DNA from: a virus
Taxonomy: Duplodnaviria > Caudoviricetes
Length of the DNA: 40,015 nt
Virus record (IMG/VR): IMGVR_UViG_3300039066_000012
Span: 1 to 40,015 of that record
Reading direction: 5' to 3' (one strand)
Part shown: one piece after another, positions 26,545 to 36,241 of the stretch
Numbering within the stretch: the stretch's first letter is position 1
Layout of the letters: each line of letters opens with the position of its first letter
Program-made: the position numbers and the translations under genes
Notes under the pieces: generated by a model
Seen by the model: the letters and a program-made list of their open reading frames with translations, nothing else
Database searches by the model: none
Told to the model about the DNA's origin: nothing

Positions 26545-28458
26545 TTATACGCCGTCGTTGTTGTATGCGAACGAGACTGGGTTGCGAAGTGCAACGTCAA
26601 CAGTCTGGAGCGCAACTACGCGGACCGTACCGGTGTTCGAGGACGTATAAGGATCTACAGTGAGATCCAATCCGCCCCACATTCCGATCATGCAGTCACT
26701 GAAATTCCCAAAATAAACGTTACCAGCAGTCGCCTGTTGTGTGCGAATTACTGGGTAGCCGTTTGCTTGGTTGCCTTCTGCAACGAACATGCCCGAACCT
26801 GTGTCCTTGCTCTTCGTCTTCAGACCACCGAGAGTTGCGGCATCTGTGATGTAGGCAAGGTTACCGAACAGTGCGTTGTCTTCTGCAACAGCAGTTTCCA
26901 AAGCAACCATTTCAGCAAAGGTTGGAACAGCAGCAGCAAAGCTGGTTGGCTTGTTGACACCGACGGTGTTCAAGATACCAGTTGGCTGGCCGCTCAGGCC
27001 TGTGCCTTCAAGTGCGCCCTTGTCGATTGCCAATGCGAGAGCCTGTGTCAGGTCATCACGCACCAGTGCTTCGATGGAAGGCGTCGATTGAAGGATCAAC
27101 TGACGGGTCATGTCGGTGAATGCACCAACAGTCTTTGGCGTCAGCGATACAGTACCGAAGGTTGGTTCCGACTCAGAAGACGCGCCGCCTTCTGTGCTGA
27201 TCCATGCGCCAGCCGAAGCAGCGGTCTTCTTAGGGATCGCAACGTTACCAACAAGACCGGGCAACATACGAGCGCCTGCACGCATGACCGAAGCCGAGTT
27301 GCGCAGAACGTCGATAAACTCGTTAGCAAGCAAGTTGGTTGCAACGATTTCGTTGTCGTCCGAGGTATTGAGGTCACGCTGCTTCCAGACGCCGAGAACG
27401 TCGTTAGGGATCATGAGACCCTGTGCAGTGCGACCATAACGCTGCGCAGCGGCATCCGATGCTTCAAATTCGAAAGCAGCGGCTTCACGCAAACGGCGAT
27501 CACCGGGGTTGGCAAGAGCGGCAATTGCACGGACAACCGAGAACTGACGAACTTCTTTACGGGTCAAGCCGATGTTTTCGCTGTCCAATGGTGTACCCGA
27601 GCCGATTTCTTCAAGCAGTTCGCCACGGAACTGTTCGATTGATTTGCCAGACTTGATGGCAGCTTCGGCCAATGAGCGCTTGTTGTGACGAACGCCCAGT
27701 TCGAGGATTGCGGATACGTTGCGAGCAGCGGCTTCAGCAGCTTCTGCGCGGACGTTGTCCAGATTGACTTCAGACATAGTAACTTCCTTCTTCAAAACAG
27801 GTTGAACTTTAAGTGTTGGTTCGAGAGCGGCTGCGCTGCGACCTACACCGACTGACGGGTCGGCGGGGATAGAAACGACAGATACCTCAAGGGGCGACCA
27901 TGAACGAACTAGATATTCATCTTTGTTCGAAGTGGAGCGCTCCATTTTGTTGACGCGGTAGCCGACGGAGACATTCCCCCGAATACCATCGACAACATCC
28001 TGAAAAATCTCTTGCGCTAACGCAGAGCGCCCGAAGCGGACATTCGCCCGTAGCACCCTATCAGCATCGAGACCAACAGATTCAATAACACCAATCTGAC
28101 GCTCCATGTCGTGATCGAGGAGCAGCGGTGCGCGGCCAGACTTGAGAAACGCCATATCGATGGACCTCTCGTCGTGGACCAAAACTTCTTTGCCAAATGA
28201 GCGTTCGACTGGTAGTTCAGACGAAACCGCAATGGAAACAGTGCGCTTCTTTTCATCGACGCCACGCACAGAAATGTCAACAACAGCCGAGCGCCGCTCG
28301 ACATTGGCTTTCTTACGCTCACCATCGTCCTCTGTGACTTCGGCTTCAACGACCTCTTCAGTCGATTCAACTTCAACCGCCTCAGATTCAGCGGTCTCTT
28401 CGACTACAGCCTCTTCGGCTGCAATCTCTTCGACCGGTTCTTGGACTTCTTTTTCCAT
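26545..28458 (-). CDS. Prohead protease-major capsid protein fusion (HK97 fold)
   Basis: APLLLDHD, NVSVGY, EVSVVSIPAD protease motifs; capsid motifs LTPKTVGA, GQPTGILN, YFGNFS, VDPY. Confidence 0.93.
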   Translation of the reverse strand: MEKEVQEPVEEIAAEEAVVEETAESEAVEVESTEEVVEAEVTEDDGERKKANVERRSAVVDISVRGVDEKKRTVSIAVSSELPVERSFGKEVLVHDERSIDMAFLKSGRAPLLLDHDMERQIGVIESVGLDADRVLRANVRFGRSALAQEIFQDVVDGIRGNVSVGYRVNKMERSTSNKDEYLVRSWSPLEVSVVSIPADPSVGVGRSAAALEPTLKVQPVLKKEVTMSEVNLDNVRAEAAEAAARNVSAILELGVRHNKRSLAEAAIKSGKSIEQFRGELLEEIGSGTPLDSENIGLTRKEVRQFSVVRAIAALANPGDRRLREAAAFEFEASDAAAQRYGRTAQGLMIPNDVLGVWKQRDLNTSDDNEIVATNLLANEFIDVLRNSASVMRAGARMLPGLVGNVAIPKKTAASAGAWISTEGGASSESEPTFGTVSLTPKTVGAFTDMTRQLILQSTPSIEALVRDDLTQALALAIDKGALEGTGLSGQPTGILNTVGVNKPTSFAAAVPTFAEMVALETAVAEDNALFGNLAYITDAATLGGLKTKSKDTGSGMFVAEGNQANGYPVIRTQQATAGNVYFGNFSDCMIGMWGGLDLTVDPYTSSNTGTVRVVALQTVDVALRNPVSFAYNNDGV

Positions 28459-28534
28459 AAATTGCTCCTAAAGCACTTTCCGTAAGACATTAGCACCCAA
28501 ACGGAAAACAATCAACTAGCTAACGCTTGTCAAG

Positions 28535-28852
28535 TTAAATCGTCTCCAGTATCCCAACGGCGCGGGACGTGCTGTCCCCCTGGAGAACAATGCGAACGAA
28601 TACCACGTCGCCTTCCAGTGCAGCGCCGATATAGTCCTGCTCCTCGTCTGGCCCTTCTGTGCGGCTGTCGAAAATGGGGCTGTAGGTCGTCACCGTGTTG
28701 CGCGTAACGCCAAGATACGCCCTGGCCGAGCCGTCAATCTGCGTAAAGCGAACACGGACAATCTCACCAGCGGCTAGGGTCAGAGTGCTGCTGTTCTGCG
28801 CCTCTGCTCCACCGCCTGTGGCTGACGAAATATCGAAAGTTTGCGATCCCAT
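28535..28852 (-). CDS. Hypothetical beta-rich protein (possible head accessory)
   Basis: Lies in the virion operon between the 413-aa gene and the capsid gene. Confidence 0.65.
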   Translation of the reverse strand: MGSQTFDISSATGGGAEAQNSSTLTLAAGEIVRVRFTQIDGSARAYLGVTRNTVTTYSPIFDSRTEGPDEEQDYIGAALEGDVVFVRIVLQGDSTSRAVGILETI

Positions 28853-28862
28853 TGCAAGTTCC

Positions 28863-30104
28863 CTAGTTCAGTGGTTCAACAATTACGTTGAGAAATGTGA
28901 CCGTCACGTCAGTGTTGCTCGTGTCGTTCTCAACGAATATCTCGACATAGTCGTTGGTGGCAAGTTCCGTGATCGTCTGGATTGCGACCGATTCCGCACG
29001 TGCAGACGCGTTTGTCGTAACGTACATCTCCGACTCGTCAAGAACCGTGCCGTTCTTAGCCACATAGAAGCCTATTTGAAGGTTCTGGGCCGAGGCGGTA
29101 AGGCTTGCAACCGCCGTAACCTTGAAGTCACGCGTAATGCCGCCCGTATACGTTGCGCGATTGCTTGTTAGCGAGAACTTTTGTGTAATGGCGCTTGAAG
29201 CTGTGGTCCCAGCAATCTTAAGCGGGACGGCCACAGTCACAACATCCGTGATGGTAGCATTGTCGCTCATATAGTAATTTGTGATCGCGGAACTGTTCTT
29301 GATACCCTTACAGTTTGTGAATAACGACTTGTTATCCAGATACGTCACGCCAGTTGTCGCTGTGCCCGCACCTGAAAAGTTCACGGTGTCAAGGATATAT
29401 CCCTCAACCGGCACACTCGCACTGGTGCTAAAGTCAATACCCGTTCCGCCCGATGGCGTTGACACCGCGCTATAGGTCATTCGGAAACGACGCGTAATGG
29501 TGCAAGTTGACGCCACGATCACAGACTTCTGAGACGCAACGCCGCTAAACAAACACTGATTGAAGCCGATTGTTCCAATCGTCCCGTCAAATGTCATCTT
29601 GGCGCTGCTTAACAAGGCGCAGTCGGTCATAATGAAGTTGGAGTAGTTGGCGATTGTCCCAACGGTAGCGCAATCGGTAAAGTTGACCCCAGCCCAATCA
29701 AGCGCCGCTGTCGATGTGCCTGAGCCGTTAAGGTTCAGAGCGATAGCAGCCTCAATGGTGATATTACGCATCGGCAGCGAATATGCAGACGTAATGAGCG
29801 CAGTTCCCGTAAGCCCTGTGGACTTGATGCGGCAGTTTTCCGATGAGCCGCCCAAGATTGTGGTATTTTGCCCACCGACAAGACGGTCACCTGTCAGATC
29901 GACAGTGGTCGTGAAGTAATATGTGTAGTTAGCCAAAAGCGTAATCACACCGCCGGAAGCAGTTGGCAAATCCGCCTTGCTGTCCACAAAAACAAAATAT
30001 TGGCTGCTGGCGACGCCCTCTAGTTCATCAATGCGCTGCAATGCGCTGCTGGATTTAGCCAGTGCAATGAGTGCCGCCGACCTTGTGCTTTTGTCTAGGG
30101 ACAT
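28863..30104 (-). CDS. Putative head fibre/decoration protein
   Basis: Thr/Ser/Gly-rich beta-type sequence; C-terminus (FYVAKNG...ELATNDYVEIFVEN) resembles C1q/TNF/BclA-like domains. Confidence 0.55.
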   Translation of the reverse strand: MSLDKSTRSAALIALAKSSSALQRIDELEGVASSQYFVFVDSKADLPTASGGVITLLANYTYYFTTTVDLTGDRLVGGQNTTILGGSSENCRIKSTGLTGTALITSAYSLPMRNITIEAAIALNLNGSGTSTAALDWAGVNFTDCATVGTIANYSNFIMTDCALLSSAKMTFDGTIGTIGFNQCLFSGVASQKSVIVASTCTITRRFRMTYSAVSTPSGGTGIDFSTSASVPVEGYILDTVNFSGAGTATTGVTYLDNKSLFTNCKGIKNSSAITNYYMSDNATITDVVTVAVPLKIAGTTASSAITQKFSLTSNRATYTGGITRDFKVTAVASLTASAQNLQIGFYVAKNGTVLDESEMYVTTNASARAESVAIQTITELATNDYVEIFVENDTSNTDVTVTFLNVIVEPLN

Positions 30105-30106
30105 GT

Positions 30107-31597
30107 CTAAGCCTCGTCGTCCGCGTCGTTATTGTCTGGGGTCTCAACACCCTTGGTCGCAGCATTGCCGCCGAACGGCAAGAACGCCAACTCAAGGCCA
30201 TATTGTTCGGCAGTCTCCTTGTCACGCTGCCACTGGGCAAACGTTTCGTCGAGGTCCTTACCATATTGGCTGGAGACGTCCTGTGGCGACAATATACCGT
30301 TGTGCATGGCAGTAACCGCAGCGTTAATTTCCTTCTGCGGATCGACCCACTGCCAACCGCGTGCGCGGAACTGGCTTGCTGCGAAAAATTTGGGGAAGCG
30401 GGTCGCTGGAATTGAGACGTAACCGAACTCCATAACGTGCATCAGCCATGCTGAATAAGCCGGCACAACGAAATGCTCCATCAGGAATTGCTGCATCATC
30501 TTATACGCATCGCGCTCTTCCAGTGCACCTTGGCGAATGGAACTGTACGATGTACCCTCAAGGTCGTTCGACAACGAGGCATAGGAAACGCCAAGGCCGG
30601 ACGAAATCCCGCGCAATACACCCTTCTGGAACTCAGCGAACGCCGTCGCAGGGTGCGTTGGGTCGAATGGTTTGAAGTCAACGCCGTTTGGCAACTGGTG
30701 GAATGTGCCGGGTTCTGCGTCAATGATCGGAACGCCATTGTCGTAATCGTCCGCAGGCGTATCCTCGCCGCTGTCCGACGTAAAGAAACCCATCTTCGAC
30801 GCTGCCATGCGCGATGCGACCAATTCAGCCTCGCGGTGGGCGTTGAGCATCTTCAACTGGGCAATGACAGCTGCCATCCAAGGCTCACCGCGTGTCTGCC
30901 CTGCGCGAAGCGGGTCGTAAACGTGGATAATGTTCTTTGCTTCAATGCGCTGAGACACGTTGACGCTTATCGCCGCGTAATCAAGGTCTCCGGGGTGACG
31001 CTTCTTTACCCAGTAAGCAACTGGGCGCTGGTACGAATCGATTTCAATACCCATGCGGATTTCATTGCCGTTCTTGGCCCGCTCGTTCTTCTGCTCGTCA
31101 ATGAGATCAGCTTCAAAGGGGTGGAAGGCAATGCCATGCACGAAATTGCGGTTGGGGACTATTTGGATGAACGCCTCACCGTCACGTGCGGTGGACTCAA
31201 TGACGTATTTCTGCAAGTCAACCCAGCTTAGACGACCATCTGCTGTGCAGTTACCCTTCATGCAGAACATGGCCCATGCGTCTTCGATAATCTGGTTGCC
31301 GATAACATCAAGTGAATTGTTGGTGTTACGCGCCTTGACCTGTAACGTCATGCCCTTTTCGCCAACTACGTTGGTTTTGAGCAGGGTCAAATACCGTTTT
31401 ACGTATGTGTCATCGCGCGACAGTGCACGTGCGCGGTTACGCATTGTGACAAGATCAGACTTTAACTCGCTGTCCGGACTACGGCTGGATGCCATGAAGT
31501 CGGCGAACAAACGCCCAGTATTTGCTGCATGATACGACCTTTTGGCCGTTTTGCCTTGTTTCTGAGGCAATCCCAATGCTTCGCGCCAAAAACTCAT
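30107..31597 (-). CDS. Portal protein, lambda gpB family
   Basis: RNRARAL, RDGEAF, RMGIEID, GQTRGEPW, SYSSIRQG, WQWVDPQKE. Confidence 0.95.
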   Translation of the reverse strand: MSFWREALGLPQKQGKTAKRSYHAANTGRLFADFMASSRSPDSELKSDLVTMRNRARALSRDDTYVKRYLTLLKTNVVGEKGMTLQVKARNTNNSLDVIGNQIIEDAWAMFCMKGNCTADGRLSWVDLQKYVIESTARDGEAFIQIVPNRNFVHGIAFHPFEADLIDEQKNERAKNGNEIRMGIEIDSYQRPVAYWVKKRHPGDLDYAAISVNVSQRIEAKNIIHVYDPLRAGQTRGEPWMAAVIAQLKMLNAHREAELVASRMAASKMGFFTSDSGEDTPADDYDNGVPIIDAEPGTFHQLPNGVDFKPFDPTHPATAFAEFQKGVLRGISSGLGVSYASLSNDLEGTSYSSIRQGALEERDAYKMMQQFLMEHFVVPAYSAWLMHVMEFGYVSIPATRFPKFFAASQFRARGWQWVDPQKEINAAVTAMHNGILSPQDVSSQYGKDLDETFAQWQRDKETAEQYGLELAFLPFGGNAATKGVETPDNNDADDEA

Positions 31598-32181
31598 AGG
31601 AACCTAACCTTCATTGTGGTTTTAGTTTTCTTACCATCCGATATGGCTTTGTCGCGGCGCTCTTTGACCACTTCTTTGCGGTAGTAGTCCCGCCATAATA
31701 GCAAATCGGAGATCGTCATCTTGGAGATGGAGCGACCTTGAATGGAGTAAGACGAAACATCTTTATCCGCACGCCCTATCAGCAGACCTTCAATCTTGTC
31801 CAGCATGACTTCAGCGTGGGTACGGGGGTCTGCGCCGTTGTTGTCAAGGTCACCAATGGCCTCAAACTCACCGGTCTGCACAACAATGCGGTTGCCGCTC
31901 GAAGTCTGTGTAATCTCAAGTTGCCAGTGGTAGTAACCTACTTCGAACGCAGCCGTCGTCGCACTTGCCGCCTGGAACAGGTAATAACCATCGCGCTCAA
32001 TAGCGGCAATCTTGATTTCAGCCGACGCACCAGCGGCCACACGGGCGACATACTCAGCAGAGTGGGTTGCGGGCGCGTAAGTCTCAGCAAGGGACGTCTT
32101 TTTCCACTGAAGAAAGTCGCCAACGACAATCTTTGTGGGTTCCCCTTCCGGTGCATTGCTCTCGTCAAAAAGATTTGCCAT
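31594..32181 (-). CDS. Head-tail adaptor, gpW-like, with N-terminal extension
   Basis: SYSIQGRSISK...L..WRDYY and C-terminal VRF; lies between terL and portal. Confidence 0.75.
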   Translation of the reverse strand: MANLFDESNAPEGEPTKIVVGDFLQWKKTSLAETYAPATHSAEYVARVAAGASAEIKIAAIERDGYYLFQAASATTAAFEVGYYHWQLEITQTSSGNRIVVQTGEFEAIGDLDNNGADPRTHAEVMLDKIEGLLIGRADKDVSSYSIQGRSISKMTISDLLLWRDYYRKEVVKERRDKAISDGKKTKTTMKVRFL

Positions 32182-32187
32182 TATACC

Positions 32188-34044
32188 TCAACGCCAGTTG
32201 TTCGCAAAACCACCCCGTTTTGGCCCCTTTTTCGTGGCCAGTGGATGTGGCTTCACCTCCTCATGCCCAGACAAGGCTTCCGCTTTACGGTTTATAGTAG
32301 CATGAAACCGCTTGACTATGCTATCTATATTAATATTCAAGATATGGAAAGCGGCAATCGCATAAACCCGAACGTCGAGCGCCTCATTTCGAGTGCGCGT
32401 TTTGATCCAAGTCCGTGCAGGATAGCCCTTATGGTAGCGGATAACTTGCTTTTCAGCCGTTAGCTGGCGGAAATATTCGTCATCGCGCTTGGCTTGGAAG
32501 TGACAATAGCCGCCGCCAGGCTCTTCGATGCGCAGGCGCGAATAATGCACTTCTTTCGCCGTATCAACGCCAATTGGGTATAACGGTATCTTGCCAATGT
32601 TGTTCCGCGATGGTCGTCCAACGATGGGCTTACCCTCACCGCCGACACCCTTGATCGCGAACACCCTGTGCCCTGCCCGCGTCTTGGCGTAGTTGTACAC
32701 AGCACGGGTATGGTGACCGCCGGAGTCGATACAAGTTGCGCGGATAAGCATTGGCTCACCACTTGGGTGTTCGTATGTCGCTAAGAGAACCTCGTCCAGC
32801 TTGGCCCAGAGCGCAGGGGACGACGGGTCGCCGTACAGAACGTGATATTCAATCTGCCAACTCTCTTCGCCCGCACCCCAGCCGACAATCTCGACTTCCA
32901 GACGGTCATCTTGGACGTCAACGCCACAGGTGAGGACGACTACGTCATCAGGGACGCCTTCATAATCCTCTTTGCGCTTGGACACGGCATAATCATCAAT
33001 GCCCTCGCCTTGGTCTTCCCAAGTTTCGGCCAATATCGTATTGGTGAACGTCTTTAGCCGCATAGGGTCTTTGCGTGCGGCCAAGAACTCCTCAACCGTA
33101 TCGACCAAGTCAACCCACGGCGAGTAAAGCGCGTTGAACCAGAAGCCCGCAACGCCGTTGAATGGCTTTGTTGCGACCCAATTGCCCTTGGACACAGCTT
33201 GGTGGCGCTCAGGCTCGTTCCAACCAGCCCCACACTCTTCGCAATAATAGCGTGCGGTCTTGGGGTTCGAGTCCTCCCATTGCACATTGCGCCAAAGCAT
33301 AATCTGCACATGGTCGCAATGAGGACACGGGACCATGAACTTGCGCTGGTCGGTTTCCTCATACGCGGACTCAATGCGGCTGGCCCCGCGATTAGTGGGT
33401 GTCGATACTAGAACGACCTTCCTGTTCCAGAATGTTGCGGCTCTTCGTTTGGCAAGAGAGATAGGATCGCCCTCCTCACCAGCAGAAGCAGGGTATCTAT
33501 CGACCTCATCACACAGAACAACGCGAATCGGACGAGAAGCAAGGGAACTAGGAGAATTAGCGCCGACAAGAGAAAGAGCGCCACCGGGAAAAACTTTATG
33601 AAGCGTAGTGTTGTTTGCATCTTTAGCCTTACTGTCTTTGACAAGTCCTTGGAGGGACGGGGTTGGACGGATTAAACCTGCTGTAATTCTATCTTTCGAG
33701 AACGCACTTGCCATATCCACGGTGGGTTGTAGGACTAGGATTGGGCAAGGGTCGTGGTGCATGTGGTAGCCAACTGTATTAAGGATGGCTTCCGATTTGC
33801 CGGACTGTGAGCCGCACATAACGACCACCTCTTTGACGGTAGGGTCAGAGCAGGCATCCATGATACCACGTTGATATTCTGCACGGGATGTGTACCAGCG
33901 CCCCGGCTCAGCCGATGACTGGCTATCAAGCCTGCGCTCAAGGTCAGCCCATTGCGATATGCTCAAGTGCGGAGGTGGCGTCAGTTGCCGCATGGCCTTC
34001 GCCATGTGTTCCAAGGCTTGCTGTCTGGTGGCTTGTTCGATCAT
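32188..34044 (-). CDS. terL: Terminase large subunit, lambda GpA family
   Basis: SQSGKSE Walker A, DEVDRY, STPT, CPHC/CEEC, GVDVQ, IDSGG, RNEALD. Confidence 0.96.
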   Translation of the reverse strand: MIEQATRQQALEHMAKAMRQLTPPPHLSISQWADLERRLDSQSSAEPGRWYTSRAEYQRGIMDACSDPTVKEVVVMCGSQSGKSEAILNTVGYHMHHDPCPILVLQPTVDMASAFSKDRITAGLIRPTPSLQGLVKDSKAKDANNTTLHKVFPGGALSLVGANSPSSLASRPIRVVLCDEVDRYPASAGEEGDPISLAKRRAATFWNRKVVLVSTPTNRGASRIESAYEETDQRKFMVPCPHCDHVQIMLWRNVQWEDSNPKTARYYCEECGAGWNEPERHQAVSKGNWVATKPFNGVAGFWFNALYSPWVDLVDTVEEFLAARKDPMRLKTFTNTILAETWEDQGEGIDDYAVSKRKEDYEGVPDDVVVLTCGVDVQDDRLEVEIVGWGAGEESWQIEYHVLYGDPSSPALWAKLDEVLLATYEHPSGEPMLIRATCIDSGGHHTRAVYNYAKTRAGHRVFAIKGVGGEGKPIVGRPSRNNIGKIPLYPIGVDTAKEVHYSRLRIEEPGGGYCHFQAKRDDEYFRQLTAEKQVIRYHKGYPARTWIKTRTRNEALDVRVYAIAAFHILNINIDSIVKRFHATINRKAEALSGHEEVKPHPLATKKGPKRGGFANNWR

Positions 34045-34496
34045 ACGATAATCGTCCGACCCTTCTTGGGGCGACCCACCCGGCGCTTTGGCTTAGGCGC
34101 TTCACCCTCAACATCAGGCTCACTTTCGACAGCGCCGCCACCTGTCCGAACGGGGTCAATCTCCGGCTGGTAGTTCGCCAATTCGGTCAGAGCCTCGCGG
34201 ATAGCCTGCTCAATAACGTTTTTCACCTTCGCCGTATCGCTCTCGTTCGCCACGACAGGTGCAACCTTGGTCGGCAGCGACAGGAACTTGGCCTTGCACG
34301 CATGAAGCACACTTTCCCATGCCTTGACGACATCTTCCGTCATGCACAGCGTACCGCGTATCTTCGCCAGTTCGAGTTCGGCGATCTCAGCTTCGGCGCT
34401 TAGCTTGCGGGTGCGGGCTTCTTCGTATGTCTGAATAGACACCTCCGGCCTGAGCATACTTTCGCTACCAGCTTTTTTTCTGCCTTCATGTGTCAA
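34041..34496 (-). CDS. terS: Terminase small subunit (Nu1/DUF1441-like C-terminal part)
   Basis: YEEARTRK..AEAEIAELEL...RG.L, LSLP, ALTELA; ATGA overlap with terL. Confidence 0.85.
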   Translation of the reverse strand: MTHEGRKKAGSESMLRPEVSIQTYEEARTRKLSAEAEIAELELAKIRGTLCMTEDVVKAWESVLHACKAKFLSLPTKVAPVVANESDTAKVKNVIEQAIREALTELANYQPEIDPVRTGGGAVESEPDVEGEAPKPKRRVGRPKKGRTIIV

Positions 34497-35361
34497 AGTT
34501 CAAGCCCATCTTGTTATAATGTATTCTCATTCTATCTGCCGCTTCAGGTCTCAGCATTTTAAGCCATTTGGACGGGTGATGTGCATGTTTAGCTGAATTA
34601 CAGGTCCAGCACAACACCGTTACATTTGTGGCACTGTGTGCGCCGCCAAGTTTGAGCGGGACAATGTGGTCAAGCACTTTATCGTCGCGCTCCATCCAGC
34701 CATCGCAGCACGGGCATACTTTGACCGAAAACAGCCTGTTGATTAGTTCGCTTGTAATGGTCCCGTCTGTTCTTTCGTTAATCAGGAATTGCCTTCTTAC
34801 GTTACCATTCCATTCACCAGAATGAACCTTTGCGGATCGACATGGCTTACATGTCGCCTGTCGCCCGTCTTTTAACGACGTATGTGGTGAGTAATCGCTA
34901 AAAGGTTTGCGGATGTTGCAAGATTTGCAAATCTTTGTTTGCGTTGCAATATCACTTTCAATATCTTCTTTTGAACGCGCTCTATGTGAGCAACAATATT
35001 TCAAAATCTTGCTACTTCCCTCTCGCGGCCATTCAGAGCGTGGCTTAGATTTCCCACACCTTCCGCATTCGAGCAACTGGTTTTGACGCACCGCCATTCG
35101 TTCAGCCTTTCTTTTTGCTGCTTTTTCCGCCAGTGACGGACGTTTAAGTGCAACATTCCGTTTATTCATTTCACCAAGGCATTTTCTGCAATTGCTGCCC
35201 GGCATTTCTTTGACAACTGGAAAAGCAGAGGCATCCTTGATTTGTTCGCAATTAGTGCACAGCCACAAACCATTCTTAAATCGCCTAGATATAGCGGATT
35301 TCCTAGCCTTTTCGCCATTAAACTGCCGACCATCGGGCATTCCGTCTTTTCTCAAAATCAT
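34486..35361 (-). CDS. HNH endonuclease with multiple CxxC zinc ribbons
   Basis: CPCC...LDHIVPLKLGGAHSATNVTVLCWTCNSAK; five upstream CxxC motifs; ATG at 35361 below TTGACA at 35397. Confidence 0.85.
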   Translation of the reverse strand: MILRKDGMPDGRQFNGEKARKSAISRRFKNGLWLCTNCEQIKDASAFPVVKEMPGSNCRKCLGEMNKRNVALKRPSLAEKAAKRKAERMAVRQNQLLECGRCGKSKPRSEWPREGSSKILKYCCSHRARSKEDIESDIATQTKICKSCNIRKPFSDYSPHTSLKDGRQATCKPCRSAKVHSGEWNGNVRRQFLINERTDGTITSELINRLFSVKVCPCCDGWMERDDKVLDHIVPLKLGGAHSATNVTVLCWTCNSAKHAHHPSKWLKMLRPEAADRMRIHYNKMGLNFDT

Positions 35362-35425
35362 AATGCTGTATATTCCATTTTTAGGGTTCGCTGTCAACAG
35401 GAAATGCCTGCCAATCTTTTTTCAT

Positions 35426-35469
35426 CGCGGTCGCTATTACCCCCGGGGCATATCCGGCTGGAAGGACCC
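35426..35469 (-). other. Putative cos site (cosQ plus cosN-like)
   Basis: Minus strand GGGTCCT-N23-TAATAGCGACCGCG; GGGTCCT equals lambda cosQ and GCGACC falls at the same offset as in lambda. Confidence 0.65.
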
Positions 35470-35717
35470 TACTTTCACAGCGGCCCATAGACGCCCATAG
35501 GGGGCCGCTAGGGCATAGGGACGCCCTACCCTGCCACCTAGCTAGCGGGCGATATAGGGCACGCCTGAAAAGGCTTGTATGGGGTTGTATGGGGAAGGGT
35601 GGCGCTATCGCCTAGGGCTGGCAGGGCAGGGGAAGGGCTGGCCAAGGGCCAAGGGCCGCGCCCTCATATGTGCGCGGCGATTGACAGCTTGCGCATGAAC
35701 CTATGCGCAAGGCAAAG

Positions 35718-35743
35718 AAAAGGCCCGCACAATGGCGGGCCTA
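35718..35743 (-). terminator. Terminator, copy 1
   Basis: AGGCCCGC-6nt-GCGGGCCT followed by TTTCTTT on the minus strand. Confidence 0.8.
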
Positions 35744-35771
35744 GGTTGTTTCGATTGTATGTTGTGATTGA

Positions 35772-35927
35772 TTAAAGGATTGATAGCAATCGCTCAACGC
35801 TTCCCGATAGCTTACTGTGCCCTGCCTCTAGTCGCTGATATTGACGCCATGACAAGCCCAATAGAAGGGCCGCGCCCTCTTGCGTTAAGCGTCGCTCTTT
35901 GCGCCATGCCTTAAGATCAATTGCCAT
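35772..35927 (-). CDS. XRE/Cro-type HTH protein (51 aa), Aca-like position
   Basis: MAIDLKAWRKERRLTQEGAALLLGLSWRQYQRLEAGHSKLSGSVERLLSIL; TAATG coupling; not in the ORF track. Confidence 0.85.
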   Translation of the reverse strand: MAIDLKAWRKERRLTQEGAALLLGLSWRQYQRLEAGHSKLSGSVERLLSIL

Positions 35928-36241
35928 TATGCTTTCCCTTTTCCGTTTATCGCCGTTGCACTATCAATAATTGACCAAGCCTTTTCCGGCCCAATTTTAT
36001 TCGATAAATCCTGCAATGCCAACATTGCGTCAATGCGCTTATTGCGCTTGCGATATGAATTATGGCTTAAAATCATATAGGGCCGTAAATCGCATATACG
36101 CCTGCCCGACTCATAATGCGTCAATGTTTCGCCATGAATAAAGGCTTTAAGCTTGCGATCACCTAGCAGTAAAATCATAACTTGCCCGGCAACAGATCGC
36201 TTTGAACCGTCAACGCAAATAATATCAATTGTTTTTGCCAT
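35927..36241 (-). CDS. Hypothetical protein (104 aa)
   Basis: TAATG-coupled at both ends; contains LTHYESGRRI. Confidence 0.8.
   Translation of the reverse strand: MAKTIDIICVDGSKRSVAGQVMILLLGDRKLKAFIHGETLTHYESGRRICDLRPYMILSHNSYRKRNKRIDAMLALQDLSNKIGPEKAWSIIDSATAINGKGKA

Noticed and set aside
26500-27642. 380-aa plus-strand ORF (and similar antisense ORFs at 18861-19631 and 30473-31231)
   Set aside because: Antisense shadows of well-supported structural genes with no motifs.
35362-35397. TTG-started N-terminal extension of the HNH
   Set aside because: The TTG belongs to a TTGACA -35-like box and has no RBS; ATG 35361 preferred.
35575-35775. 66-aa plus-strand ORF
   Set aside because: Runs through low-complexity G-rich DNA and a terminator, against the local gene direction.
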